In this document: positions 39,363-54,950 of the stretch, in pieces | Layout of the letters: every line of letters starts with the position of its first letter | Numbering within the stretch: position 1 is the stretch's first letter | NCBI RefSeq assembly: GCF_009914755.1 | Contig: NC_060941.1 | Source of the DNA: the human T2T-CHM13v2.0 reference genome, Homo sapiens | Strand: one strand, 5' to 3' | Length of the DNA stretch: 64,000 nucleotides | The notes under the pieces: generated by a model | The model's input: the letters and a program-made list of their open reading frames with translations, nothing else | Databases searched by the model: none | What the model was told of the DNA's origin: nothing | Position numbers and translations under genes: made by a program

Positions 39363-40859
39363 TGGTGCTCTCCTATAGCTACAAGGATCAGAGAAACTCT
39401 TCTCTTTGCAGAAGAGTTTTTTAATGATCCTCAAAAGATCAAAACAATTAAACATTTGGAGATAAGAAGGCCACTGGCTGATTATTTGACTTATGAAGAC
39501 TAATATGTTGTAAAGTGAATCAGAACAGGTACCTGAGAGTGACATAAATATTTAGATGACAAAGAATCTTAACTAATGTGGTGGCACTATAAATATAAAG
39601 CCATGCATAAGTGTACGGAGAAATTCAAGGGGGATATCACTGAGATTTGATCTGACTTTTGAGGCTGAGTGTGTGGTAGAAGAGTAGCACTAAGAACAGA
39701 AAATGAAATATCAAGAAAATAAATCACTGTGATCTGAAGATAGAAAGGAAATACTGAGCTCAGTTTTAGATGTTTATCCTAGTTAACTGTGATGCCTTTC
39801 AGGTGGTGATGGGTCATCCAGGTAAATATGTCTATCAGATATTTGTATCTGTGGTACATAAATTTGGGATAAGTGTCAGGATTTGAGAATTTGAGGAAGT
39901 AAAATTTGAAGATGTGAGGCCAGAAGATATTTTTCTAGTCTCGAATTTAACAATATCTATATAATAACACAATTCAATATTTTTTGTTCATGTATCTCTG
40001 GATCCAAAGGAATAAAAGAGATTTCCACTTCTGAGATGGAGTGAATGTACTTTTTCCTTTTCCTTCTAAGCTCAATGAAAAATCCTGCACATTATGTATA
40101 ATGCAAGCATGAGAAGACTCTGAAAGGTAGAGAGAAAAAGGCAGACTGGCTATGAAACTTAGGACCCAAGAAACCAGAAAGAAGTGAGTTCCCTCACTTT
40201 TCTTTGTGTCTCATATGTCCCAGACTTGGGGCTGAAGAAGCTAGCAATCCAGAAATGCCAATGAATACAGGCAAAAGGGGCCAAAATAAAAGCCCACTCT
40301 CTCTAGCCAAAAGTCCAGGAAAGGGGCAACCTACCCAGAAAACAAAAAAACAAACAACAACAAACAAAAACAAAACAAACACACTTTTAGACAATAGATA
40401 TTATAGTCCAGTAAAAACTCACAGAAAATAATATGCCTCTGCCCCTCGTCTCACAAGCAAAGACAGGTGGGAAGCCTAAACTTCAACCTGGATGTAATCA
40501 CGGAGCCCAGATCTTTTTCTGGGGTGATGTCAAAGAAGGTTGAGTAGGAGACCAAGAGTTTCATCTCCATCAGGCAGTCATAAGTCTTGCCTTCCCCTTG
40601 GTGTCAGGGGAGAACACATGGAGAGCCTGGACTTTTACTCTGAAAGAATAGTAATGAAAGGTGCTCCTCCCACTCCCCACTGAGGAGGTCAAAAGAAGGC
40701 CTAATAAAGACTCAAGATTTTCATCATTACCTGGCAAAAATTGGTCCATCCTCTACCCTGTGGTATCAGTGGAGGTCATGAATGAAGAAATAGCAAGGCA
40801 CTCCTGTCCCTCCCAATGAGAGAGGGACAAGATAGGAATTACATCCTCACTAATCATAC

Positions 40860-41660
40860 AAGTAAGGAGAGAGTGGAGTTAGATAAAGTGTTGAGAGAAA
40901 GAAGCTACCAACTTAGAATTAGGTACTCTATAGAATTTTTTTTTAAGTGAAGGAGATAGAAAGGCTTTCTGAGATGAACAAAAATTGAGAGAATTTGTTG
41001 CCAGTAGACCTGCTTTGCAAGAAATTTTACAATAAGTTCTTTAGAGAAAGAAGATTATGTAGGATAGAAACAGATCTATACAAAGAAAAGAACACCAAAG
41101 AAAAAATAAGCAAATAAAATTGTTTTTTCTTATTCTTAACTGATCTAACAAATATTTTGTTCAAAATAATAATAGCAATAATATATTCAATTACAGATGC
41201 TTATGTATCTATGCATATATGTATAGATCTATTTATCTATTCATAAACATATATGTATTTATATGAATGACATCAGTTATACAAGGGACAAGAGGGAGTA
41301 ATTACAATTTTTTGTTATTATAAGATATTCACACTATACATGAAGCAGTAGTTGTAAATGTATATTGCAAACTTTAGGGCACCCACTAAACAAAGGTAAA
41401 AAGAAAAAAAAAGAATAACTGACATGCTAAGGAAAGAGTGAAAATGGAGTCATATTAAAATGTTAAGTTCAAACCACGAAATGCAGAAAAAGAGTAAAAG
41501 ACATAAATGGGAACAAAGAAGAAGGGCGACAATTAGAAAACAGTAACAAATATGGTAGCTGTCAATCCAACTATATTAGCAATCACTTTCAATGTCAATG
41601 GTTTAAATATATCAATTATAAGAAGGAGATTTTCAAAGTGGATCAAAAAACAAGATCCAG
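40860..41660 (+). mobile_element. Extra L1M (L1MC-like) ORF1-end / inter-ORF / ORF2-start segment inside the L1MD
   Basis: aaaattgagagaatttgttgccagtagacctgctttgcaagaa...aatcactttcaatgtcaatggtttaaat...gtggatcaaaaaacaagatcca; the equivalent region recurs at 41660-42900. Confidence 0.65.
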
Positions 41661-42516
41661 GACAGATATAATTAAACTTCTGAAAACCAAAGGTGCAGAA
41701 AAAAAATCATAAGAGCAATAAGAGAGAAATTATATCTTACCCATAGAAGAAAACATGTGAAAGGACAGTGGATTTCTCATCAGAAACCATGGAGGCCAGA
41801 AGCAAGTAGCACACCATTTTTCAAGTAAAGTAAAGAGCTATTAACCCAGAGTCTTATGCCCAGAAAAAAACATCCTCTGGGAATGAAGGGGAAATCTACA
41901 CATTCTCAGATGAAAAAAGATGAAGAGAACTTGTCACCAGCAGACCTGCTCTAAAATAATGGGTCAAGAGAGTTCATTAAGCAAAACAACAACAACAAAA
42001 TACAAGTAAGAATCTTAGGACATGAGTAAAAAAGAAACAACATAATTAAAAAATGGGTAAATATTATACACTTTCCTTTTCTTTTTATGATATATAAATT
42101 ATCTGACTGTTGAAGTAAAATTTATAACGTTGTCTCATGTAGTTCTAAATACATAGAGAGGAAATATTTAGGATGATTATAAGCAGAACAGGATAAAACA
42201 ATTTAAAGGGAGATAGGATTTCTACTCCTCACTTGAACTGGTAAAATCACAACCAGTAAACTATGATAAGTTACATACATATAATTCAATATCTAGAGGA
42301 ATCTCTAAAGAGTTTCCACAAAGAAATGTACTCAAACCCCCTACAAATGAATGAAAAATGAATTTTTAAAAATATTCAAGTAAACCACAAGAGGCCAGAA
42401 ATAAGAAAACTACAAAACAAAAAACAGAGAGACCAAATAGATAAAAAAACATTAAATGACAGAATGAAGCTCTAACATATTAATAATTACTTTAAATGCA
42501 AATGATCTAAATATAC

Positions 42517-42843
42517 TGCTGTGGTTTAGTGTGTCATCTAAAGTTCATGTTTGGAAACTTAATCCATAATGTAACAGTGTTGGGAGTTGGATCTTAAAGA
42601 GGTGATTAGGTTATGAAGGCTCTACCCTCAGGAATAGATTAATGTGATTATCACAGGAATGGGTAAGTTATCGCAAGATAACTTCTGCTATGGGATGACC
42701 CAATATGAAGGCTTTCATCAGATGCTCATGCCATGCTCTTGGACTTTCCAGCCTCCAGAACCATGAACCAAATAAACCTCTATTGTTTCTAAATTACCCA
42801 GTCTTGAGTACTCTGTTATAATATCACAAAATGGACTAAGACA
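42517..42843 (+). mobile_element. MSTC/MSTD-like MaLR solo LTR nested in the L1MD
   Basis: tgctgtggtttag...ggactttccagcctccagaaccatga...aaattacccagtc...aaatggactaagaca. Confidence 0.85.
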
Positions 42844-43422
42844 TAACCAATCAAAAGATGAAAATTGGCAGATTAGATTAATAAAAATGACACAATCATT
42901 TACTGTCTACAAAAAAAATCTAAATCTAAGACTACGGGTAAGTTAATAGTAAAAAAAAGAAAAATATATATTAAGAAAATATTAATGGAAACAAAGGACT
43001 GCTATGTTGATATCAGATAAAGAAATAAATCCAAGATAGAAAGGGAACTGTATAATGATAGGAGGTTCAATAAACCAATAAAACATAGCAATCCTAAATG
43101 TATATGCATCAGACAACAGAGCTGCAAAATATGTGAATCTAAAACTGAAAAAATTAAAATGGAAAAACAGACCAATTTACACTTTAATTGAAAATATTAA
43201 CACCCCTCTCAACAACTGATACTCCAACTAAAGAGAAATCAGCAAGGAAATATAAAGACACCATCAAGCAACAGTGTCTAATCAATACTTATTAAAAAAA
43301 CTCCACCAACAGCTGCAAAATATACGTTATTGCAAACTGAACAATACATTTCTAAGGAATCTAAATGTGAAGAAGGAAATCTCAAAGGAAAAATACACAA
43401 TGAACTGAATGAAAATGAAAAT

Positions 43423-44024
<602 letters not shown>

Positions 44025-44936
44025 TAATGCCTCAAAAAACACAAATTACAATAAACACCAACTATGACAATTCACCAGTATGAAAAAGATAATTCTGATA
44101 TTTTGCTAGCTCCATAACTCTTAAAGAAAATGGATTTATGATTTTTAAATTCTTAAGAAAAAAAATAAAGAAATCTCCAGGCCCAAATGGTTTTACTTGT
44201 CAATTCTACCAAACTTTTAAAAGAAGAATTAATACCAATTATACACAGTCTATTCAGTAAAGAAGAGGAGGAAACCTTTCTCAATTGCTTTAATGAGGTT
44301 AGGATTATCTTGACACCAACATAGATGAAGACAACCGTGAAGAAGGAGAGAGAAAGGAAAAGAAAACTAAGCACCAACACCTGTCATGAATATATGCAAA
44401 AATCCTTAAAAAAATTAACAAGTAGAAGTCAGCAATATATAAAAGGAATTGTACACCATCACCAAATATGGCATATACCAGGTATGTGAGGCTGGTTCAA
44501 TATTTGAAAACCAGTCACTGTAATACACCCTGTTAACAAACTAAGGATGAAAAATGTACATGATCATAACAATCAATGGAGAAAAAGCATTTGACAAAAC
44601 TCAATACTAATTCATAACCCTCAGAAAAAAAGGATACAGAAAAATTTTTTCAAATTGATAAGATGTATCTTTAAAAAGACACAAAAAACTTCTTACAGCT
44701 AACATTATACTTAATGTTGAAAGGCTAAATGTTTCTCCCTATGGCAAGTTAAGGATATCTTTTCTCATCACCCTATTCAACATAGGCTAGATGGTCTAGC
44801 CAGTGAACAAGAAAATAAAAGACTTACAGATCTAGAAAGAAATGTTCTTATTTACAGGTGATACGATTATCCACATGGAAAAACTCAAGGAGTCTACAAA
44901 ATAAAAATCCTCCTAAGAATAATAAGTTAGTTTATC

Positions 44937-44980
44937 AAACTTGCAGGATATAAGGTAAACTTGCAGGATATAAGGTAAAC
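44937..44980. repeat. Perfect 20-bp tandem duplication (aaacttgcaggatataaggt x2)
   Basis: Directly visible. Confidence 0.95.
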
Positions 44981-45587
44981 ATGCACAAATTAATTGTATT
45001 TATATGACCTAGCAAAGAACACATGAGGACTTAAAAATACAATTCACCATCAGTAAAAAGTTTTTTTAAAAAAACTTTAAGAGTAAAGCTTTCGAGACAT
45101 GTGCAAGATTGTATGCTGACAACCACAAAATACTGAAAGCAATCAAAGCTCTAAATAAAGGGAAAGACATAATGGATGTATAGATCGAAAGACTCAGCAT
45201 AGTAAAGATAAAAAATTCTCCCCAAATTGCTATACAGACATATAAAAATCTCAGTAAGATTTTTTAATAGACATACACAAGACTGTTCTAAAATTTGTCT
45301 GAAAATGGATAAAAAATAAGGTATTTAAATTAATTTTTGAAAAAGTCAAGTAAAATGAAAGGAGCAATTTTACCCAATTTCAAGGCATTACGTAACTACA
45401 ACAATCAAGATTGCATGTTACTGGTGGAAGCCTAGCCTTAGAGATAAATGGAACAGAATAGAGAACATAGAAACAGATTCACACAAATATGCTCAATTGA
45501 TTTTTAACAAAGGGGCAAAAATAATTCAATGAAAGAATGATAGCATTTCAACAAATAGTAACAGAGCAATTAGAAATCCATAGATGC

Positions 45588-45914
<327 letters not shown>

Positions 45915-46126
45915 TTAGCCTTAACTTAGTTGACATACCTTATACAAAAATTAACTCAAAATGGGCAATGAATTTAAATATAAAATATAAAGGTATAAAA
46001 TTTTAAAAATAAAACAGAAGAAAATATATGGATCATACTAGACAAAGCATTCTCAGAGTTGACATGAAAAGCATGATCCCAAAGAGAAAAAAATGATAAA
46101 TTGTATTTTATCAAAATCAAAAACTT

Positions 46127-46499
<373 letters not shown>

Positions 46500-46540
46500 T
46501 CAGACAAAGGACTAGAATCTAGAATATATAAAGAACACTT

Positions 46541-47443
46541 AAAATGCTCAACATCATTAGTCATTAAGGAAATGTAGATTAAAACCACAATGAGACATCA
46601 TCTCACACCAGTTAGAAAGGCTATTACCAACAAGGCAAAAAATGACAGGTATTGGTGAGGATGTGGAGAAAAGGGAACCCTTGTATACTATTGGTGGGAA
46701 GATAAATTAGTGCAGCTATTATGGAAAGCAATATGGTAATTCCTGAAAAAATTAAAAATATGACTATCAGATAATCCAGCAATCTTACTACTGAATATGT
46801 ATCAAAGTAAATAAAATTAGTATGCCAAAGATATACCTTTACTCCCTTGTTCATTGCAGCATTATTCACAATAGCCACGATATGGACTCAAAATAAGTGT
46901 CCATCAATGGACTACTAGATAAAGAAATGGTGGTATATATTCACAATGGAATATTATACAGTGTTTAAAAAAATTCTGTCATTTGTGACATGTTTGAACC
47001 TGGAAGATACTATGTTAAGTGAAATAATCCAGGCACAGAAAGACAAATACCTCATGATCCCGCTTATGAGTGGAACAGAAAAATGTTGAACTCATAGAAA
47101 CAGGGAGTAAAATAGTGGTTGACAGAGGTTGATGGGAGATTGGAGAGACACTGATCAAAGAACACAAAATTTCAGTTACACAGGATGAATAATCTCAAGA
47201 GATCTATTATACATGATGGTGACTTTAGTAAATAATAATGTATTACATACATCTTTGAAAATTGCTTAGAGATAGACTTTAAGTGTTCTTACCATACACA
47301 CAAAAAATAAGTACATGAGGTAATGAATATGTCAAAAGCTTTATTCAGCCATCCATAATATATACCTGTATAGAAATATTGTGCTGTACGTCATAAATAG
47401 ATATAATTTTTACTTAGTTAAAAAAGTTAAGAATTAAAAAAAA
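46541..47443 (+). mobile_element. L1MA (L1MA5-8-like) 3' portion nested in the L1MD
   Basis: ORF2 C-terminus followed by L1MA 3' UTR (aaaatttcagttac...gagatctatt...tgaaaattgct...gaggtaatgaatatgt...agccattcca); host L1MD resumes at ~47444. Confidence 0.85.
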
Positions 47444-48513
47444 CACAACTGTTTAAAAAACATCTAGGCAAAACACAAGAAATTTCACCATAGAAGACAT
47501 ACAGACGGCAAATAAGCACGTTAAATTTTGCTCAATGTCACATCTCACTAGGGAAGGATTTGCAAATTAAAACAACAATGAAATGCATCTATACAACTAT
47601 TAAGATGGCAAAAATGCAAAAATCTGACAATGCCAAATGCTAGTGAGAATGTGGAGCAACAGGGATTCTCAGTCACTGCTAGTAGGAATGTAAAATGATA
47701 CAGCTGCTCTAAAACACAGTTCGGCAGTTTCTCACAAAACTAAACGTGTAACTGCCATAAGACCCAACAATTGTACTTCTGGGCATCTATCTCAGAGAAA
47801 TAAAAACTTATTTTGCACAAATATCTGTGTGTAAATTTTTATAGTAGTTTTATTCTTAATAGCCCCAAACTGAAAACAACTCTGATGCCATTCACCAGGT
47901 GAATGCTTAAACAAACTAGAATATCGATACCTTGGAATGCTACATAAAAATAAACAGGAACAAACCATAAATACATGCAAGAATATAGAATCTCCAGAGA
48001 ATTATGCTTGGTGGAAAAAAAATCCCGAAGGTTGTACACTGTACTTTAATAATGTTTCTATAACATTTAGAAATAATTAAATTATAGAAATGGAAAACAA
48101 ATTTCTGGATGCCAGAGTGAAAGAGGAGAGAAACTGGGAGGGAAATGGGAATGGCTATAAAAGGGTCACATGACAGATGCTTGCATTGATGGAAATACTC
48201 TCTATCTTGACTGTATCAGTATCAATATTCTGTCTGTGACATGGTACTATGGTTTTGCAAACTATTACCTTAGTGAGAAACTGGGGAAAGCCTAGGTGAG
48301 ATCTCCTTGTATTATTTCTTACAAATGTTTATGAATCAACAGTTATCTCAAAATAAAATGTAATTCAAAGCAAACAAAAACAAATCAAACAATATGAAAG
48401 GTTAGATCTTCCTAGTAGCACTAACTTACCCAACATTGATTAGGTATAATTCTTGGGCTGCTGGCTAGTGTTCTAAATGTACACTTTATTATGAGGCATG
48501 AAACATGTTGGGA

Positions 48514-48841
<328 letters not shown>

Positions 48842-49599
48842 CTATGTTTCACTTTCTTGAGTTATGGATGATTAAATTTGTAAACTTAAAATTGCACTGC
48901 CATGTGAGTCTAAAATTTAATAAACTGGTTCCACAAACAAAGGGAAAAGGATGGTATTCCTTTTAAAACATGAATCAAGCAGAACTGTCATCATGTAGAT
49001 AAATATATTTGAAAGGATGAAGCAAGATGAATTTATGTGTACAAATTAATTTTTTTCAAATAAACTATGGAACTCGTATGAAAATAAGCAGTAAATATTT
49101 ACATTGTCTTTAAATGTTAAAATACTTATGGAATGGGATATGGGGTAGCAGTGTGCAGCTACGCTTTTTAAAATTTTATTTCATGATCTAATTAAAAATA
49201 TCCCCAGATAAAAATCAAACACACAAAATCTGCAATATGGAGTGGCTATCACTCTGATATATTAAATAAAATCACCTAGTGATTCAAAATAAATTTAATA
49301 TTTTCAAACATATAAGAATTAGTTGTTCTTGGATTTTTTGTGCCTTATCTGACTGGAAAGCTTTTACAAAGATATTAATAAGATAGGCAACAATTTTGGC
49401 TTCTTCATTTTAATAAAGTAATTTTTCATCCCCTCAATGGGTGGGCCATTGGAGTGTGTAATATGTTTTCTCATTGGAAGCATAGCCTTATTTCATTGTT
49501 TTATAAATTAATTCCTTCTTGCAAATATATCGTACCAACATTCTGTTTGTAATATATTATTCACCCTTACCTTCTGTTCTAGAGTTCTCTTCCAGCACA

Positions 49600-50155
49600 T
49601 TGCTAATAATGAAATAGCCTCCAATCTGCTCACTGCCCAGACTCACTGAAAATCAAACAAAAGTTCTCAAAGCCTATAGACCTGAGTAATTTGGATACCA
49701 CAAGTGCCAAATGGCTTACCACTCTTCCCCTCACTTGTTTTTCTGTTAACACACAACCCCTCTTGGTGTTTTTCAAACACATATAGCATATTCCCATCTT
49801 TGGACCTTTGTGCATACCTTCCTTCTAACTGAAACACACTTATGATTATCCACATGATGTATCCCTCTACTGCATTCAGCTCCCTACTCAAATGCTACCT
49901 TATTAAAGAGGTATTTTTCGGTGCACTCTAAAGTACCCTGCTGCCCATCACTTCCTATCTTTTCATCTTACTTCATTTTTCTGCGTTATACTGAGGTATC
50001 ATTATATAATCCTGTGTTAGTTGTATTCCCACTGCAGAAATGTACGCACCATGAAAACAAAAATTTTTTCTTACTCCTGCATTCAAATGTCTACAACAAT
50101 TAATAGTATATAATAGGTGTGCAGCAAATATTTGTTAAATAAGTGCATTAATTAA
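49600..50155 (+). mobile_element. L2a 3' portion
   Basis: ggacctttgtgcatacc...ctcaaatgctacctt...taggtgtgcagcaaatatttgttaaataagtg tail. Confidence 0.7.
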
Positions 50156-50209
50156 ATACATTAACATACTATAATTTAACTGGCTTCTCAATAAGAATTC
50201 TTCATGGAT

Positions 50210-50870
50210 TTCAGAAACCCTTATAAAAAATCATTTGCAATTTTCTCTGCCGAATGTAGAATGAATTTCAAATGCCTCAATATGAGAGCCAAAGTCCTTG
50301 ATGTATGGCCTGAACCACTTCTTTCCAATTTATTCTTCCATTTCCACCTAACAAAAGTCTTCCAATTTAACTTGTTCATTATTTCTTGAACTTGTCCTGT
50401 TACTCACTACCTAGTAGGGTGATCAACCCTCCTAGTTTGCCTAGGATTGAAAGGTTTCCTGGACCACAGGACTATCAATATTAACACTGGCAGACTAAGA
50501 TGAGTGGTCATTCTACAACCTCACCTTACTCTTCCCTTTGGCTGGAAGGTCCTCTGTTTTCTTCTTTACTAGCCAAGGACCCCTGTTTCCTATAAAATCC
50601 AACTTCAGTCTCACATCTTCAGCAAAGTCTTTGAGTTTCTGCCACATTCCATGAGGTTGTCAGTACATTTAATAGCAATTCTTGTTTATTATTTTAGAAA
50701 ATACGATTCTATTTTAAAATTCATCTATTAGTCATATGTATAAGTACATTCTCCTCAGTGGAATATATCCCTAGAAAGTAGGAACTATATCTCATTTTGT
50801 GATATGTCTAGCCATCTAGCGTAGTGCTTGAAATGTACTAAATATTCAACACGTTTCTTATTATTGATGG
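50210..50870 (+). mobile_element. L2 fragment interrupted by MER81
   Basis: aatttcaaatgcctcaatatgagagccaaagtccttgatg...tctagcgtagtgcttgaaatgtac. Confidence 0.55.
50415..50514 (+). mobile_element. MER81-like (hAT-Blackjack) MITE
   Basis: TIRs tagggtgatca...tggtcattcta; internal ctagtttgcctaggattgaaaggtttcctgg. Confidence 0.65.
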
Positions 50871-52319
50871 ACATATTCTATCCTTTGAGAGCTGACTATC
50901 TTAAATGGATAAATAATTATATGGTAGGCTGCTTAAAGAAAGTGTGAGGTAGAGATTAAAATCTAAAATACATGGTTTTTGGCAAACTCAAAACAGGAAA
51001 TAATTTTAGTTTAAAATAAAAGGAATAAAACAAAGATCAGCATTGACATTACTCTTTTTGAACAGATAACTAATGTTCTTCCTATTATTTCACCCTGAAT
51101 GTTATGGATTCATGAAATGTCCTTAGGATTGAGGTTTAAATTGGCATTTACACAATGCCAGGATATGCAGTAAAAGGAGGAAAATATAATGAAACATCTT
51201 GATAACTTATAATACAGCATGTTCTACTATTTGGCAACATCCCAATGACTAACTGAAGTTTTTACCTTTCATCTAGCTATTTTGGTACTGTATAGACACA
51301 GTTCAATAACTGGAACAGTAGGAAAATTGCCACAGTAATGCTGAATTTTACTGGCTTAGCAATGAGGGGAAACTCACATATTGCTTGCCAGAAAAATAAC
51401 TGGCTTTAGTTGGTGCTATTAGTCTCACGGTTTTTAGGAGCACTTAATTTAAAACAAAATTGTGGGCTTAACTCCCACCCTAATGTTTTGAGACGGCTGT
51501 AATAAGCAAAGGTTCAAAGTGTTCTTTATCCAAACAAGTGGGTAAGCTTCTTGCTCAAGCTCCATCTATAACAAAAAGATTTTCATTTAGTGAGTGGTGA
51601 TCCCTGATCTAGCACAAGCAAACACATCAAGATGCATTCAAGCTTATGGCACAGAAATTTCTGAGCAGTAATGTTTAACCTGACAAAATAATCACTATGG
51701 AAAAACAACTTACGAATCACACCAGCCACCAAAATTGAAGCTTGGTTTCCTAACTGGCTTGTAATGGTAGCCCTGAAACAATATGAGGGATTGTTAATAG
51801 AGATTTAGAGTTACTATCTTATGCCTGCACTTGTAACATTAATTCTGGCCTGTTTCTATAGAGCTGGTACCACATCAACATTTGAAGAATGTTGGGATAA
51901 TCCCTTCCATACTCAGAGTATCTTAAAAGACTCTACCATATTTCAATGTGTATAAGCCTTCAGCAATAAAATTCTGCCTATAGGCGTTAATCCTCATTTC
52001 ATCTCCATCAGCAACATGGTTTACTTGCATAAGAGTGTAGGGGAAAACAGAATACAAAATACCTTCTAAAAGAAGTGAGGTAACACATTTTTTTTCAAGC
52101 TATATCATGGTTTCCCTCAGGCCTATGAAATCTGAGCTTTTCAAAGGAATGGTACTACAATGTATCATATTCCTACTTCTAGTGTTGTTCATTTTATTAT
52201 TAATGACAGTATCTATAACACTAACATTCCATACTTAATATTGTCTTCACTTATGGTACCTGTTACCTCTTGAGATATCATTGTATCCTCATCTTCATAG
52301 GACTGATGATAAAGGAAAT

Positions 52320-52323
<4 letters not shown>

Positions 52324-52350
<27 letters not shown>
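52324..52350. repeat. (CA)n microsatellite
   Basis: Directly visible. Confidence 0.9.
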
Positions 52351-53199
52351 TACTCACTACCTTTTATCCAGACATTGCATTAAGTACTCTGCAAGTATTA
52401 TTCCTAACCCTTAAGACAATGTCTCCACATAGGAATTATGTTAACTATGTTACAAATAAAAAAGTGAATTTTTGCATATCAATTGCATAAAGGGTTCATA
52501 CGGGGCCTTTTATGGTGGTAGGTCATCTTCCTTGTGAACCTCGTGGCTCTTTTTTTTTTTCTTTGTCATACACTGTAATTTGGCTTAAAAGAATGCACAG
52601 TCAAGCTTTATATAATTGAAAGAAAGCTATTGACGGAGATGATTGCAATGTCTCAGTGGGCATTGGTAAAATCTTATTTCACTTCCCACCCTCCAGATAG
52701 TGCATGGGAATGAGTCAGCTCTCTTTCCTTCATTTTTACAAGCTCAACCTAATAAATAACATTGCTAGAAGTAAAACAAAGTTTCATGTAATGAATGGTA
52801 ATGATAAATGTGTTTCTGATAGTTTCTGTAGCATTTAGACTAAAACTAATTTGAGAAACTAAGACAAGATATATTCTAAGTCAGAAGAACAAACAAACAA
52901 AACTACTGTGTCCCCCAGAGCGACTAGAAAACTAGTATCAGAGTCTGAAGACAGATTCTCTCCTCTAAACTACAACTTTGGGAAAATTTCTTTCTCAATG
53001 AGTGATTTCTATCTTCGACTTTCTATCATAATGAAGTAGTAAAGGTCTATTGAGTAGGTATTGAACATAAAAATTTTAACTATCACTGATGAAGGTTGTT
53101 ACAAAAATTTGAGGCTTTTGAAAATTTGAAAATTTGAGACTGAAAGTCACAAGTGTCTGCATAACAGAGTTCTGGTTAATCACATAGATGTTCTCTCCA

Positions 53200-53420
53200 C
53201 CCTGGCTCATTTTCTAGCTCTACCGATTATAAAGCACGTGAATAAATTTGGGTAACATTCTTCACCATTCTTTGCCTGCATTTTCTCATCTCTAAAATGA
53301 GGATAACAGTAATAACTACTAGGTTATTTGCAACAAACTAGGTTTGTTGCAAAGATTACCTGAGTTAATGTATGTAAAATGCTTAGAACAGAACTGGCAC
53401 ATAGTTACCTAAATAAGGTT
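53200..53420 (+). mobile_element. MIR
   Basis: ttttctcatctctaaaatgaggataacagt...gagttaatgtatgtaaaatgcttagaacag..ctggcacatagt. Confidence 0.8.
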
Positions 53421-54399
53421 CTGATGAAAAGGACTAACACACACTTAGTAATGTGTAAATTATTCATTCAAAAATGAAAGTATCAATGAAGAATATTTAA
53501 TATTATGTTTGCTTCTTGAAAACTTTAGTTCTCAGCCCACAAGGTAAATAAACCATAAGTCTGGATAAGGGAGGAATGGAAAAAAAAGGGAAGGGGTGAG
53601 GAGGTGGAACTTGAGTAGCTTAGAAAGGCTATATGCCGTAACAAATATCCTGAAGCAAGAACAGTGTCTGTGACAAAGAGCATCCTTTGCTTTTTTTATT
53701 GAATTAAAGCATGCTGCATTCAGCCAATCCAAGCCGTACTGCACCAGACCTCTACTTTCTAATGTTCCATCTATGTTTAAAAAAAAATCAGCTGCAAAAT
53801 GTATAGACAATTTACAAGTCTCAAAGAGCATATTTGTCCTGGGGCTTCCTAGCATAGATGTCCTAATGGAGGACCCTGTTGGTGGAACATCATTAATCAG
53901 GCAGCCATGGCCAAGGAGGTGGGTGGCTGCTGATAGTTTTGGCCCATTGGAAATGGCTTTGGATGACTGCCAGGTTGTGTGTAAAATTTTGAAATGTTTC
54001 AAACAATACAGTCTTTACAATGTTATAAAATACTAGGGTGGTTAGAGCAGGCTGCAGACTGGCTCTTGGCCAATAAAACCTCAGGATTCCAGTCAGCTGT
54101 AACCTGGAGTTTAATGTTGTCTGGGGTGTTCAAGGTCATCTCTCCCCAAAGTCCTGTAGGTCAAGTCAGTCTTTATAAAGCGGCCCCATGGAGCTACTGC
54201 TTTCTAATCACCACTGTTCAAAAATCCTTTTAGTCAATTTGCTTTCTCCCCAGGAAAACAAAACAAAACAAAGAAACAAACAAAAAAACCACCAAAAAAA
54301 AAATCCTTTTGGGAGTTAGCCTTAAAAGTCTTACTCAGAAAGACTTTTTTTAAAAATTGAACTTGCTTTTTTTTACTCCCTATTTAAATGGAATATACT

Positions 54400-54950
54400 T
54401 GTTATTGACATGGTGCTAAACATAAAATACAAGAAATCACCCTTATTCCATTTCCCAAAAGCAACCATCTAAATTCATGATGCATGTCACAGTAGTTCTT
54501 CTTTCTATGTGTATTTTACATACTGATCATCATACTAAATATATAATTCATAATTACCTTCTTCCAAACCTTATACCAAAATTTTTTGTGTTAATATAAA
54601 TTTTTTAATCATAATGGTAATGGCAGAAGAATATTTCATTGTGGTTGTACCTTACATTCAACCATTCTCACATTATTGAATGCTTATGGTGTTTTCTTTC
54701 TCAGTGAGGATGCCATGTTAAATAACATTACTCTGATTTGTTAAATGAAGCTTTTCTGTATTTAATATTATTTCCTCAGGATAAATTCCCAGAAGTGACA
54801 TTAAAGGGTCAAGAAAGATGGACATCCTTAGAGTCTTTACAAATGTTGCCAAATGGCTTTCCAAAAGGATTTTTTTTTTCTGCAATTGACAGCCTGTCAG
54901 TACAGTATGAAAGAGTCTGTTTCACTCCCTCATCATCAGCAATAGGTTAA
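54400..54950 (-). mobile_element. Old L1ME/L1MC 3' fragments
   Basis: aatatttcattgtggttgtacc...tttcctcaggataaattcccagaagtg...gggtcaag...ttgccaaatggctttccaaaagg. Confidence 0.6.

Noticed and set aside
53532-54002. 156-aa minus-strand ORF
   Set aside because: No recognisable domain or protein-like composition and no splice context; overlapped by equally arbitrary plus-strand ORFs
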